DNA from: an uncultured Phycisphaerales bacterium
GTDB lineage: Bacteria > Planctomycetota > Phycisphaerae > Phycisphaerales > SM1A02
Reading direction: 5' to 3'
Length of the DNA: 64,000 bases
Assembly (NCBI GenBank): GCA_938084645.1
Contig: CALKEP010000015.1
Location: 1-64,000, forward strand
A program made the translations under genes and the position numbers. Shown piece after piece: positions 8,973 to 18,756 of this stretch; within the stretch, counting starts at the first letter, position 1, and each line of letters starts with the position of its first letter. Below the pieces are notes generated by a model, which worked only from the letters and a program-made list of their open reading frames with translations, did not search any database and had not been told where the DNA came from.

Positions 8973-9530
8973 ATGTCCGTTCTTCGTGAACCAACCTTCA
9001 TCGTCCGATCCGTCATCACCACCGCGATGCTCCTGCCCGTCTCTTCGATCCATGCCGATCTCGCGGGCCGATGGGATGTGGGCGCCGGAAGTTCGACGGC
9101 GATGATCCAGTTCGACTTCCTCTCGGGCAACAGCTACGTGGTCGATCTCTTCTTCGAAGGATCGATGAGCGGCCAGGAAGCGCTCGAATTGATCGCCGCC
9201 GACTCGACCGACGCCGGCTTCGCGTTCGACTACGACGTCATCAGCTACTCCTTCGGCGATTTCCTGGTCGAGATCGAACTCGACTCCGACGCCGACTACG
9301 GGGATGGAAGCACCCCGCCGTACGTCGACTACTGGCACTACTGGACCAGTGACGCGAATGGCGGCTGGGAGGAATCCATGATCGGTTTCGGCGACCGCAT
9401 CCTCACCGACGGTGCCGCCGATGCGTGGGTCTTCGGAACCGCCGACGCACCGGCGACGATTCCCGCGCCGGCGACGCTTGCGATTCTTCTTCCCGCGCTC
9501 GCCGGACGACGCCGGCGACGCACCGACTGA
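8973..9530 (+). CDS. Secreted PEP-CTERM-type protein with DUF4430/transcobalamin-C-like motif
   Basis: Signal peptide; C-terminus 'IPAPATLAILLPALAGRRRRR'; core 'YWHYW...WEESMIGFGDRILTDG..AWVF'. Confidence 0.75.
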   Translation: MSVLREPTFIVRSVITTAMLLPVSSIHADLAGRWDVGAGSSTAMIQFDFLSGNSYVVDLFFEGSMSGQEALELIAADSTDAGFAFDYDVISYSFGDFLVEIELDSDADYGDGSTPPYVDYWHYWTSDANGGWEESMIGFGDRILTDGAADAWVFGTADAPATIPAPATLAILLPALAGRRRRRTD

Positions 9531-9671
9531 TCGCCATGCCTCGACCGACCGCCTCGGCGTGCCTCACCTCGTGAAGCACGCCGAGGTTTCGCATGGGATC
9601 CCGATGCGCGATCATCCCTCGGTACGATTGAATCCAAGCGTTCCGACCAGACCTTGCTTCGAAGGATCCAC

Positions 9672-11831
9672 TTGAAGAACTCCCGCGTCGGTTTCCTCGC
9701 GTTGCACGGCATGCTGTCCATCATGCTCGTGGCCGGGTGCGCCGGTCACGGACCGAAGGTCGATCGATATCGGCCGCCGACCGCCATGACGGCGAACGAC
9801 GTGATCGCCGAGTGGAGTCGCGACGCCTGGGTCACGGCCCGCTCCGAAGGCGTCGACGCCACGATCGCGATCCTGAGCGACCCGCCCGTCCCGGACTCCG
9901 AGCTCTCTCGTGCGCTCGATCGGTATCTCGAACTCGATGACGCCGCGATGGCCGAAAGAACCAACGACGCCGAACGACTCCTCGGCGCGATCGACGATCT
10001 CGAACTCGACGACGAGACCGCCCGGGCCATCTTCGAGCTCGCGGACCTTCGCGCCGCCGGACTCCCACCCGACCTGGATCCCCGAGTGCTTCGCATCATC
10101 GAAGCGGCGATCGACGAGTGGATCGCGGCGGCGGAACAGGCCGAGACCGACGGCCGATTCCTCGACGCCGACGCCGCGTGGGGCGCGGTCGGCAGCATCG
10201 CGATCGGATCCGATCGACCGCTCGTCATGATCGACGCTCGTCGGCGACAGCGGCGACTGGACGGGCTTCGCGGCTCGGATCCCTCGCTCGGCCCGCGCGA
10301 CGCCTTCGAGATCCAGCGGCCCACGGTCGACGACGCCATTCGGGCGCTTCGGGTCGTCCTGAAGTATCACGTCGATCAACCAACCTGGCGGCTCCTGGTC
10401 GAGGCGGGATTCGCGCAGATCGCGGAGGCGATTCCCACGACGGCCGACGGGGAGAACCGCGCAGCGAGATTGCGTCGTTTCGACGACGCGAAGGCCCGCT
10501 TCGACATGGAGACGTCGGCCGTCGCCGATCGAAGCGACCGTCTTCCGTCGTCGGTGCGGCGCCGACTCGCCGAAGCACTCGAGTCGATCGCGTCGGCCGG
10601 ACCCTCCGGATTCGAGGCGTCCGTGGTCGCTCGACTCTTTCTCGACGGCGTCGTCGCCGCCACCGATCTCAGGACCAACGCCTACTTCGGGTCGCGTGCC
10701 GTTCAATTGCGACGTCAACTCGATGCATCCTTCGTCGGAATCGGCGCGGAGATCTACCAGACCCCCGAGGGCTTCCTCCTTCAAACCATGCCGGGCAGCC
10801 CGTCGGCCCGAGCCGGACTCCGCGACGGGGATCGACTCGTCACCGTCGACGGACGGCGCGTCGACGACCTCACCAGCCAGGACGTCGTGGATCTCATCAC
10901 GGGCGAAGCGGGCACGTCGGTTCTGCTCACGCTGGAACGATCCGACACGGCCGATCCCATCGATCTCGAGATCATCCGTGGCGAGGTCGACCGGGAGTCG
11001 GTGCTCGGGTGGAGACAGATCGGCGTCGACGAGGCAGGACGACCCGAGTGGGAGTGGTTGGTCGATCCGACCGCGGGAATCGTGTTCATCTCGATTCGCG
11101 AGTTCCGCGAAGACGTGGTTCGGATCTTCCGGACGGCGCTTCGTGAGGCGTCGGACGCCCTGGGCCCGGATCGATCGGTGTCAGGGCTCGTGATCGACCT
11201 TCGCAACGATCCGGGTGGACTGCGGTGGGTCGCCGAGGACATCATCGATCTCTTTCTTCCCTCCGGGATCCTCTTCTCCGCGGAAGGGCGAAACGATCGG
11301 GTGCGGTCGCAGTCCGCGAACTCGTTCGTCACGCGGCTGGAATCGCTGCCGACCGTGGTGCTCGTCAACGACGCGTCGGCGAGCGCTTCCGAGATCGTCG
11401 CCGGCACCCTGCAGGCGGACGCCGATGCGGTGGTGGTGGGGGAGCGGACCTATGGAAAGGGAAGCGTGCAGACCGTTCGTCCGCTGATGAACGAGGGCTG
11501 GGCACTGGTGACCGAATCATGGTTCACCATCCCGGATGGTCACGGTGGTCGGCGTCTGATCGATCGTTCCCGCGCCGGATCGAAGTGGGGGATCGAACCC
11601 GATCTCGAAGTCGGCGCCAGTCTCGAAGAGACCCGATCCATCATGACCGAGCGCGGCCGTTGGTACTCGGGGATCGGACTCGACGTGCCACCGGACATCG
11701 ACGCCCCGGATTCCCCCGACCTGGAAGACCGACTCGCCGCGACGACGGACCGGGAACTGCTGCTCGCCATCGCGTTGCTGCGAGCACGCCTGCTGCCGAC
11801 CCTGCCCGCGGCCGCGACGCCGGCTCAGTGA
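9672..11831 (+). CDS. S41 C-terminal processing protease with PDZ domain (lipoprotein)
   Basis: 'GIGAEI' PDZ, 'IDLRNDPGG', 'SASASEIVAG', 'GERTYGKGSVQ'; lipobox 'VAGC'. TTG start at 9672 is uncertain. Confidence 0.9.
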   Translation: MKNSRVGFLALHGMLSIMLVAGCAGHGPKVDRYRPPTAMTANDVIAEWSRDAWVTARSEGVDATIAILSDPPVPDSELSRALDRYLELDDAAMAERTNDAERLLGAIDDLELDDETARAIFELADLRAAGLPPDLDPRVLRIIEAAIDEWIAAAEQAETDGRFLDADAAWGAVGSIAIGSDRPLVMIDARRRQRRLDGLRGSDPSLGPRDAFEIQRPTVDDAIRALRVVLKYHVDQPTWRLLVEAGFAQIAEAIPTTADGENRAARLRRFDDAKARFDMETSAVADRSDRLPSSVRRRLAEALESIASAGPSGFEASVVARLFLDGVVAATDLRTNAYFGSRAVQLRRQLDASFVGIGAEIYQTPEGFLLQTMPGSPSARAGLRDGDRLVTVDGRRVDDLTSQDVVDLITGEAGTSVLLTLERSDTADPIDLEIIRGEVDRESVLGWRQIGVDEAGRPEWEWLVDPTAGIVFISIREFREDVVRIFRTALREASDALGPDRSVSGLVIDLRNDPGGLRWVAEDIIDLFLPSGILFSAEGRNDRVRSQSANSFVTRLESLPTVVLVNDASASASEIVAGTLQADADAVVVGERTYGKGSVQTVRPLMNEGWALVTESWFTIPDGHGGRRLIDRSRAGSKWGIEPDLEVGASLEETRSIMTERGRWYSGIGLDVPPDIDAPDSPDLEDRLAATTDRELLLAIALLRARLLPTLPAAATPAQ

Positions 11832-14800
11832 CCCTTGCCCGCCGCCGAGTCGTCCAGGGTCGAGAGATAGGCGACCAGATCCCGGATCTCCCTTGGCGAA
11901 AGAACCGGCCGCATGTTCGGCATGGCGCTCGCTGCGCCGTACCCCTCGACGAGCACCGCCTGCGGATCGACGATCGATTGGAGAATCGACGCCCGATCGC
12001 TGCGGAGTGCAAGCCCGTCGAGCGATGGTCCCGCGTCCCCGCCTCGCCCGTCGATGACATGGCACCGGAGGCAGGATGCGCCCGCGTGATACCGGGCGAT
12101 GAACGCCCCCGCGACGGGGTCTCCGCCTTCGACGGCGATGGACCACGGTTCGGAATCCTCTTCGGCCCTTCGGTCCCACGCCCGAGCCATCGCCGAGACT
12201 TCGGGATCCTTCGAGGCCGTCGCGGCCTCGTGGACTTCGACGGCCACGGGTGAGACGAGACCATCCGTTGCGAACGTCTCTTCCGCGAGCGACCGGATCC
12301 GCGCCGCCGCCCGGTCGTCCTCGATGCGGGCAAGCGTCGTGATCGCCCGCTGTCGCTCGATGACGGTGCCCGCTCCAGCCGCCTCGAGAAGTGCATCGAT
12401 CCCCGCCGATTCATCACGTTCGAAGAGCTGGTTTCGCGCTTCGGCACGGAGCCCCGGAACATCGCTCTTCAAAGCGGCGGTGATCGCCGCATCGATGCGG
12501 TCATCGTTCGACCGGACGAACTGACGGAGGCAGGCGATCCGATCGGCGGGAGCCTCGTCGGCGTTCAGAACCGTCTCGTACAGCGCGGTCGGATCGAGCG
12601 CGACACCGACCCGCCCCGCGAGCGAGCGAGCGGCCGCACGGATCTCCGGACGTTCATCCTCGGCGAGCATGGGAAGGAACCGACCGTAGGCGGGCCGAAG
12701 CGTCGACAGCGACCGAGAGGCATCCTCGACCGGTCGCCACCATCCAAGCACCCGATCCCGAGGTCCCGGTTCATCGAAGGTCTCGAGCGCCGCCATCGCC
12801 TCACGCCGGACGACGTTCGGAAGTCGCGGGTTCGATGCGATTCCCGCGATCGCCTCGAGATGCTCGACCCCCCCGAGCCGGAGATTCGCATCGACGACCC
12901 GACGAAGCAACGGCGTCGCGGATCGAGGAAGGTCGGAGACCACGCCACCGATGGGCCCCTCGAACATCCCATCCGGACGGGTCCAACCGACCGAGACGTG
13001 GTTGCCGCCGCCGCCCTGCGCATGCCGCACCTCCACCAGAACGATCTGTCCCGCTTCCAGGTGGATCGGTCCACTCTGCTGGCCGGGCTGCCGACCCCAG
13101 GCGTTCGGCCCGGTCCAGCCGTCGACCCGGGCGATCACCTCCAACGACGCGGGGTCACCATCCGCCGCGAATCGCAGGATCGACGAATCGTCACTCGTGA
13201 TCGCGAACCGGTACTCACCCGTCTCGGGGATCCGGATTCTCGACTCGAGTCGGGTCAGGTAGTTCGTGCCGCCTTCGTCCACACCCTGGAGCACCCGGAC
13301 TCGGTCGACCGAATCCGCGGCGCGCTCGAAGTCGGCGAGGGTCGCGAGGTCCTTCCCGTCAGGATTGGAATCGCATCGACGGATCTCGCGGATCGCCTCG
13401 AGCTCGGTTCGATCGGTTCCGGCACCGGTTTCCGAGTACGTCGCGGCGAGAGACGCGAGGGCCGGCATCGCTTCCGGAACGGGGAGGTCGTGGATCGCCC
13501 GCGCTGCTTCGGTCCGGATCGTCGGATCATCGTCGAAGAGCAGTCGTTCGAGATTCGGATCGGCCCAGCGACGCATCACGAGCGTTGCGGCGCGCCGAAG
13601 CGACGGCGCCGGGCTCGCGATCAACTCCTCGACCGCCGAGCGCGCCTGGAGTCGCGCCAGTGCGACCACCCCCGCGTGCCGCAGCCATCGGTCGCGATCG
13701 TCGTTCTCGGCCAGCATGGCGATGAGGTACGGCGCGACCTCCTCGTCACCGATCGTCCCGAGCGACATCGCGGCGTGGTAGCGGACCCGGGAGGACGGAT
13801 CGACGAGTGCTTCCACCAGGGCATCCTTCGCGGCCGGGTGGGGGGGATCGCCGAGGGTCTTCGCCGCCTGGGCGCGAACCTCCGGATCCGGATCCCGAAG
13901 CAGCGGGATGAGCGGGTCCATCGCGGCCCCGATCCGTCGATTCCGCGCCGCTTCGATTCTCGCCACTTGTCCGAGTCCCCAGATCGCATGCAACCTCGGC
14001 AGGGTGCGACGTTCGTACCGGGCGACGTCCTCGAACGCGGCGACCGCACGCCGCTCCGCGAGTTCCTGCTGGGCCATCCGGCGAATGCGCTGGTCGTCGC
14101 TTCCGAGAAGTTCCGCGAGTTCGAACATGCCGCGATCACCGACGCCCTCGATCGCGATGTCGCGGGCTTCCGCGATCCGCGGATCGGTCAGGCTTTCAGG
14201 ATCTGAAATCGCATGCAAGGATCCGCGTTTCGTCGCGCTCCAGCCACCGCCCCATTCCGAAACCAGAAGGCGACCGTTCCAATCGAAGGCGACGTCGGTG
14301 TTCAGCATCCCCTTCGCGAAGATCCGCGGATTCTCGAGGCGATATCCCGCCCCTTCGGGGATCGGACGGAAGGTCCACACCTTGCTGTTGGGGCGGGAGC
14401 CGGTGAAATCACACATGAAGAAATGATCCGCGTACTCGTCCGGGAGTCCGAGTCCCGGGTAGTGCGCGAGGCCGGAGGGGCCGGCCCCCACGTGCGCGAT
14501 CGGCGGCAGCGTCCAGTCCGGTCTGAACGACGCGTTCTCTTCGGTCACCACCTCCCAGATCCGCTCCTGCTCCCAGGGGCCTCGGAGGTTGTCGCCGTCG
14601 AGCGACTGATAGTCCATCGTCCATCCCGTCTCGCCCGCCTCCGCGACGAAGACGATCCTCGCCCGGTCGCCGGAATCCGAGGTGTTGTCACCCGTGAAGA
14701 GATCCCCCACGTCGTTGAACGCGATCTCCTGTGGATTGCGAAGCCCGGTCGCGAAGACCTCCAGATTCGAGCCGTCGCGCTCGCATCGGAAGACCGCGCC

Positions 14801-15514
14801 CGATCGCGGGTCGGCGAGAACCCGACCATCCGCGGTCTCGAGGTGATAGCCGCGATCGCCGATCGACCAGTAGATCCGTCCATCCGGTCCGAATGCCAGG
14901 CCGTGCAGGTCGTGGCCGTACAGCGCAAAGCGGACTCCGAACCCGGATTGAATCGCTTCCTTCTTCTCGGCGACGCCGTCGTCGTCCTCGTCCACCAGAC
15001 GCCAGAGGTGGGGGATGTTCGTGTACCAGACCTCGTCGCCGACCGTCATCACGCCGGCGCCGATTCCGTCGGCGACGTCGTTGAACGGGCCCGCGAACAC
15101 CGTCGAGGTGTCGTAGACGCCGTCGCCATCGGTGTCGATCGAACGACGGACGCGGTCCTCCTTCTCGCGGTAGAACGCCATTCCGTTCGCCCGCTTGTCC
15201 TTCCACTTCTCGAGATAGGCGACACGATCCGCGACGGTGATCGCCTGCAGATCGTCCTCGAGCTGCCAGGGGCTGGACCGGTTGTCCATCGTGCCGTGAT
15301 TGGTTCGCTCGGTCTCCGCGATGAGGAGCCTGCCGTCCGGATCGATCCAGAAGGCGACGGGGTCCTGGATCTGCGGCTCGGTGGCGATCAGCTCGACCTC
15401 GAACCCCTCGGGCACCACGGCCTTCGAAGCCTCGGGGGCCGTGTCCTCCTCGATCGACGCGATCGCGAATGCGACGGGGCCCGCGAGCAGGACTGGAAGC
15501 ACGAATCTCGTCAT
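11825..15514 (-). CDS. PVC-type heme-binding dehydrogenase-like protein (propeller + HEAT repeats + PA14 + cytochrome c)
   Basis: 'VPEGFEVELIATEP', 'GLRNPQEIAF', HEAT repeats, PA14 'FAITSDD', and CxxCH 'CLRCH' with a distal 'MP'. Confidence 0.85.
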   Translation of the reverse strand: MTRFVLPVLLAGPVAFAIASIEEDTAPEASKAVVPEGFEVELIATEPQIQDPVAFWIDPDGRLLIAETERTNHGTMDNRSSPWQLEDDLQAITVADRVAYLEKWKDKRANGMAFYREKEDRVRRSIDTDGDGVYDTSTVFAGPFNDVADGIGAGVMTVGDEVWYTNIPHLWRLVDEDDDGVAEKKEAIQSGFGVRFALYGHDLHGLAFGPDGRIYWSIGDRGYHLETADGRVLADPRSGAVFRCERDGSNLEVFATGLRNPQEIAFNDVGDLFTGDNTSDSGDRARIVFVAEAGETGWTMDYQSLDGDNLRGPWEQERIWEVVTEENASFRPDWTLPPIAHVGAGPSGLAHYPGLGLPDEYADHFFMCDFTGSRPNSKVWTFRPIPEGAGYRLENPRIFAKGMLNTDVAFDWNGRLLVSEWGGGWSATKRGSLHAISDPESLTDPRIAEARDIAIEGVGDRGMFELAELLGSDDQRIRRMAQQELAERRAVAAFEDVARYERRTLPRLHAIWGLGQVARIEAARNRRIGAAMDPLIPLLRDPDPEVRAQAAKTLGDPPHPAAKDALVEALVDPSSRVRYHAAMSLGTIGDEEVAPYLIAMLAENDDRDRWLRHAGVVALARLQARSAVEELIASPAPSLRRAATLVMRRWADPNLERLLFDDDPTIRTEAARAIHDLPVPEAMPALASLAATYSETGAGTDRTELEAIREIRRCDSNPDGKDLATLADFERAADSVDRVRVLQGVDEGGTNYLTRLESRIRIPETGEYRFAITSDDSSILRFAADGDPASLEVIARVDGWTGPNAWGRQPGQQSGPIHLEAGQIVLVEVRHAQGGGGNHVSVGWTRPDGMFEGPIGGVVSDLPRSATPLLRRVVDANLRLGGVEHLEAIAGIASNPRLPNVVRREAMAALETFDEPGPRDRVLGWWRPVEDASRSLSTLRPAYGRFLPMLAEDERPEIRAAARSLAGRVGVALDPTALYETVLNADEAPADRIACLRQFVRSNDDRIDAAITAALKSDVPGLRAEARNQLFERDESAGIDALLEAAGAGTVIERQRAITTLARIEDDRAAARIRSLAEETFATDGLVSPVAVEVHEAATASKDPEVSAMARAWDRRAEEDSEPWSIAVEGGDPVAGAFIARYHAGASCLRCHVIDGRGGDAGPSLDGLALRSDRASILQSIVDPQAVLVEGYGAASAMPNMRPVLSPREIRDLVAYLSTLDDSAAGKGH

Positions 15515-15613
15515 GACGACTCCGGGGTGTTGCCGCGGGGTGAAGGAACGTCCGAGGATATCCCAGTCGACGTCGAATCGGCCGTGAAAGCGGGGACGGG
15601 ATGTGAATCGACC

Positions 15614-16771
15614 TCACGCCGGTGGGATGCTCGCCATGGATCGAATGTCGGACCGCCTCGGCGATCCTTCGATCGCGGCGTCGAATGCCGCTCGTCGCCA
15701 TGTCGGATCCGGCCGATACACGGGTTCTTCGTCGGAGCTCGATCGAAGGTGCTCGAGCAACGCCTCCGGCGTCTCGTCACCGGGCCATGGAAGCTCGAGC
15801 ATCGCCCGAGCCTCCTCGAGCCGACCCCGCACCGCGAGATTGACCGCCAGATCGAGAAGCTGTCCGAGCATCGGCGTTCCCGCCTCCGACCAGGCACGTC
15901 TCGCCTCCTCGAGAATCACCGCTGGAGGCGCCCGGTCGAGCCGGGCCGGCATCGGCTGATCCCGGGTCGCGATGAGATCCACGTTCCACGACAGATCCTG
16001 GTCGGGGACCAGCACGAAGGTCGCGGTCTCGGTGGTGGGAAGCCCCCAGTGCCCCGGCACGACGGGATCCAGCTCCACGAACCGACGATCCCGGCCATTC
16101 TCCAGTTCGATGAACCAACCGGCGGGAAGGATCCGCCTGGTGTCGATCCGACGAACCCCCGAGCGCGTCGCGAGCGAAAGCACCCGCACCCGCCACCCAT
16201 CCTCGTCGATGCTCCCGTTCGTCTCGAGGACGAGGTCGGGCGTCCCGTCGCGATCCACGTCGTCACCGAGGCCGATTCGGCGTCCGGTCGCAGGATCCTC
16301 GGTTCCGAAGCGAACGAACCAGCCGGACCAGTCGTATCGCACGCCGGAAGCATCCCGGATCCTGACCCGTCGATCGATGCCGGTGACCCGAAGGTCGTTC
16401 GACCGCTCGATCGTCGCGATCCAGCCGCCCGGAAGATCGATGCGATCTTCAAGGACCCACGCCGGCCCGAAGAGCGATTGGAAGGAGCGATCCGCATCAT
16501 CCTGGATCGAGAGCACCGAGGTCGTCGCCACGATGAAGAGTCCCGACAGGAGGATTCCCCATCGCCGAATCGGAAGGTGGAAGTCCTTCTCTTTCGGTGA
16601 GGAGAAACCGCATTCCGGACACGTCCGGGTCTCCTGATGGGAGAGATCGGCGCGACACGCCGGGCACCACCGCATCGCCCCGGTGCGATGCCCTCGCCAA
16701 CCCAGCCAGATGATCACCAGCCCGGAGCATGCGATTCCAAGATGGATGTAGTCGGCGATCTCTTCGAACAT
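15614..16771 (-). CDS. Hypothetical membrane protein with zinc ribbon
   Basis: TM-'CPAC..CPECG'-TM, followed by a DxDxDG-like loop 'DVDRDGTPDL'. Confidence 0.7.
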   Translation of the reverse strand: MFEEIADYIHLGIACSGLVIIWLGWRGHRTGAMRWCPACRADLSHQETRTCPECGFSSPKEKDFHLPIRRWGILLSGLFIVATTSVLSIQDDADRSFQSLFGPAWVLEDRIDLPGGWIATIERSNDLRVTGIDRRVRIRDASGVRYDWSGWFVRFGTEDPATGRRIGLGDDVDRDGTPDLVLETNGSIDEDGWRVRVLSLATRSGVRRIDTRRILPAGWFIELENGRDRRFVELDPVVPGHWGLPTTETATFVLVPDQDLSWNVDLIATRDQPMPARLDRAPPAVILEEARRAWSEAGTPMLGQLLDLAVNLAVRGRLEEARAMLELPWPGDETPEALLEHLRSSSDEEPVYRPDPTWRRAAFDAAIEGSPRRSDIRSMASIPPA

Positions 16772-16968
16772 GTGAAACGGTCATCCGAGCACGTGGTTCG
16801 GTGGTCGCGGACCGAAGACTCCACGAACGTTGAGGGATGCTAGCGGAGCCGACGATCCCGTGGCACGCATCGTCGACTCCAGTGGGTGGGACCGAGGTCG
16901 TGTGACCGAATGGCGAGAAAATCCCGCTCCGGAAGCTGCGAGGAGAGGCTCCGACCCCGCCACTTGAT

Positions 16969-16994
16969 CTTTTATGTGTTGAAACATATAAAAG
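16969..16994. promoter_or_regulatory. AT-rich near-perfect inverted repeat (candidate operator)
   Basis: CTTTTATGTGTT-GA-AACATATAAAAG (12-2-12, one mismatch) between divergent genes. Confidence 0.5.
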
Positions 16995-17180
16995 TCGCGG
17001 GTCCGTCGCCCATCTGATTCCCGCGGCGGTCAGGACCCCATTCGAAGCGGTGTTCGCACGGAGCCGCAACCGGACGATCGCGTCTCGGTTCAGGAACATC
17101 GCTAACTTGCTCTTCCCCGGCTCACGATGAACCGGCGATCGCGAGCCTCGACCCCAGCCCCCTTCGGAGTGATCCCCACC

Positions 17181-17870
17181 ATGGCCTTCCGCTTCTGCCC
17201 CCTCTGCATCCTCGCCGGCGGCGCCCTCGTCGCCGGCCTCGTCGCCACGCCGATGCTCTGCTGCGACGAGGAAACGTCCGCGACGACGCTCGCCTCGACC
17301 GACGACGTCGCCCCCGGCGCCAAGGCGTCGATGGAACCGCTCCCGGACATGCCCGCGGGCGACTACGACATCGATCCCGTCCATTCGACCGTGCTCTTTC
17401 GAGTTCAACACCTCGGTTCGGGGCAGTTCTGGGGTCGATTCAACGACGTCACTGGAACGATCACGTTCACGCCCGAGAAGGAGGAACACTTCGCCTTCGA
17501 TGTGAACGTCGATCTCGAGAGCGTGGACAGTGGCAACGACAAGCTCGACGGCCACCTCAAGAGCCCGGACTTCTTCAACGCGAAGGAGTTCAAGAACATG
17601 ACCTTCAAGAGCACGGAGGTCGAGCGACTCGGACAGACCGTCTGGGACGTGAGCGGCGACCTCACCATGAACGGCGTCACCAAGCCGGTCGTCGCCGTGA
17701 TCCGCTTCACCGGCACCGCGGACATGCGGGGACGCCGTTGCGGCCTCGAAGCCGAGTTCGACATCAAGCGAAGCGATTTCAACCAGACCTGGGGCGTCGA
17801 GAACGGCGCGCTCGGTGACAAGGTCCGGATCATCGTCGGCATGGAAGCGATCAAGGCGCCCGACGCCTGA
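17181..17870 (+). CDS. YceI family lipid/polyisoprenoid-binding protein
   Basis: 'IDPVHSTVLF', 'GRFNDVTG', 'DGHLKSPDFFN', 'GDLTMNGVTKPV'. Confidence 0.92.
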   Translation: MAFRFCPLCILAGGALVAGLVATPMLCCDEETSATTLASTDDVAPGAKASMEPLPDMPAGDYDIDPVHSTVLFRVQHLGSGQFWGRFNDVTGTITFTPEKEEHFAFDVNVDLESVDSGNDKLDGHLKSPDFFNAKEFKNMTFKSTEVERLGQTVWDVSGDLTMNGVTKPVVAVIRFTGTADMRGRRCGLEAEFDIKRSDFNQTWGVENGALGDKVRIIVGMEAIKAPDA

Positions 17871-17893
17871 TCCTCGATCACGACTCGATGAAG

Positions 17894-17928
17894 AAGCCTC
17901 CGTCGCATCGCCGCGACGGAGGCTTTTT
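17894..17928 (+). terminator. Intrinsic terminator after the YceI gene
   Basis: AAGCCTCCGTCGC-ATCGCC-GCGACGGAGGCTT followed by a T run. Confidence 0.8.
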
Positions 17929-17988
17929 CAAAAGGACGACAGTCTCGTCCGACTTGCGATGCGGGTCACGATCGAGTCAACTCCTCCG

Positions 17989-18726
17989 ATGCTCGAACTC
18001 TTCTGGTCGGAATTTCTCGGTACCGCGGTGCTCGTCCTCCTTGGAAACGCCGTGGTCGCGAGCGTCGTCCTCAAGGGGTCGAAGGGAGAGGGCGCCGGCT
18101 GGCTCGCGATCGCGACCGGCTGGGCGTTCGCACTCTTCGTGGCCATCTGGGTCGCCGCCAAGAGCAACGCCCACCTCAATCCCGCCGTCTCGATCGGACT
18201 CGCGGTGATCGGGGAATTCGAGGCCTCGCGGGTCCCGCTCTACATCGCCGCCCAGTTCCTCGGCGCCGCCGCAGGTCAGTTCCTGGTGGTTCTTCACTTC
18301 TGGCCCCATTGGAAGGGGACGCTGGACGGCGACACCAAGCGAGCATGCTTCTGCACCGCGCCCGCGATTCGCGCCCCGATCTGGAACGCGGTCGGCGAAG
18401 CCATCGCCACCATGGTGCTGGTCTTCGGCGTGCTTTCCCTCGGCACTTCGCCATGGGAACGCGACATCGGCCAGATCACCGACGAATGGTCATGGTTCGC
18501 CTTCGGCATCGCGGGACTCCTCTGGGCGATCGGCATCGGCCTCGGTGGAACGACGGGGTTCGCCATCAACCCCGCCCGTGATCTCGCGCCGAGAATCCTC
18601 CATGCGATCCTGCCGATCCCCGGAAAGACCCACAGCGACTGGGGATACGCATGGGTGCCCGTGGTGGGACCGATCATCGGCGGAACCATCGGCGCGATCC
18701 TCGCCAAGACGTTCGGGTTCTGCTGA
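17989..18726 (+). CDS. glpF: MIP family aquaglyceroporin (GlpF-like)
   Basis: Two NPA motifs ('HLNPAV', 'AINPARD'); 'EFLGT', 'YAWVPVVGP'. Confidence 0.9.
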   Translation: MLELFWSEFLGTAVLVLLGNAVVASVVLKGSKGEGAGWLAIATGWAFALFVAIWVAAKSNAHLNPAVSIGLAVIGEFEASRVPLYIAAQFLGAAAGQFLVVLHFWPHWKGTLDGDTKRACFCTAPAIRAPIWNAVGEAIATMVLVFGVLSLGTSPWERDIGQITDEWSWFAFGIAGLLWAIGIGLGGTTGFAINPARDLAPRILHAILPIPGKTHSDWGYAWVPVVGPIIGGTIGAILAKTFGFC

Positions 18727-18756
18727 CGGCGGGGGGATCCGACGTAGGATCACGGC

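Noticed and set aside
14213..16600. Long Arg-rich ORFs (e.g. 14213-16600, 21470-23701, 38630-40666, 50388-52148)
   Set aside because: They lie antisense or off-frame to well-supported genes, as expected from stop-codon scarcity at high GC.
16969..16994. dif site interpretation of the palindrome
   Set aside because: It does not fit the 11-6-11 XerC/XerD layout, and nearby parS sites argue against a terminus location.
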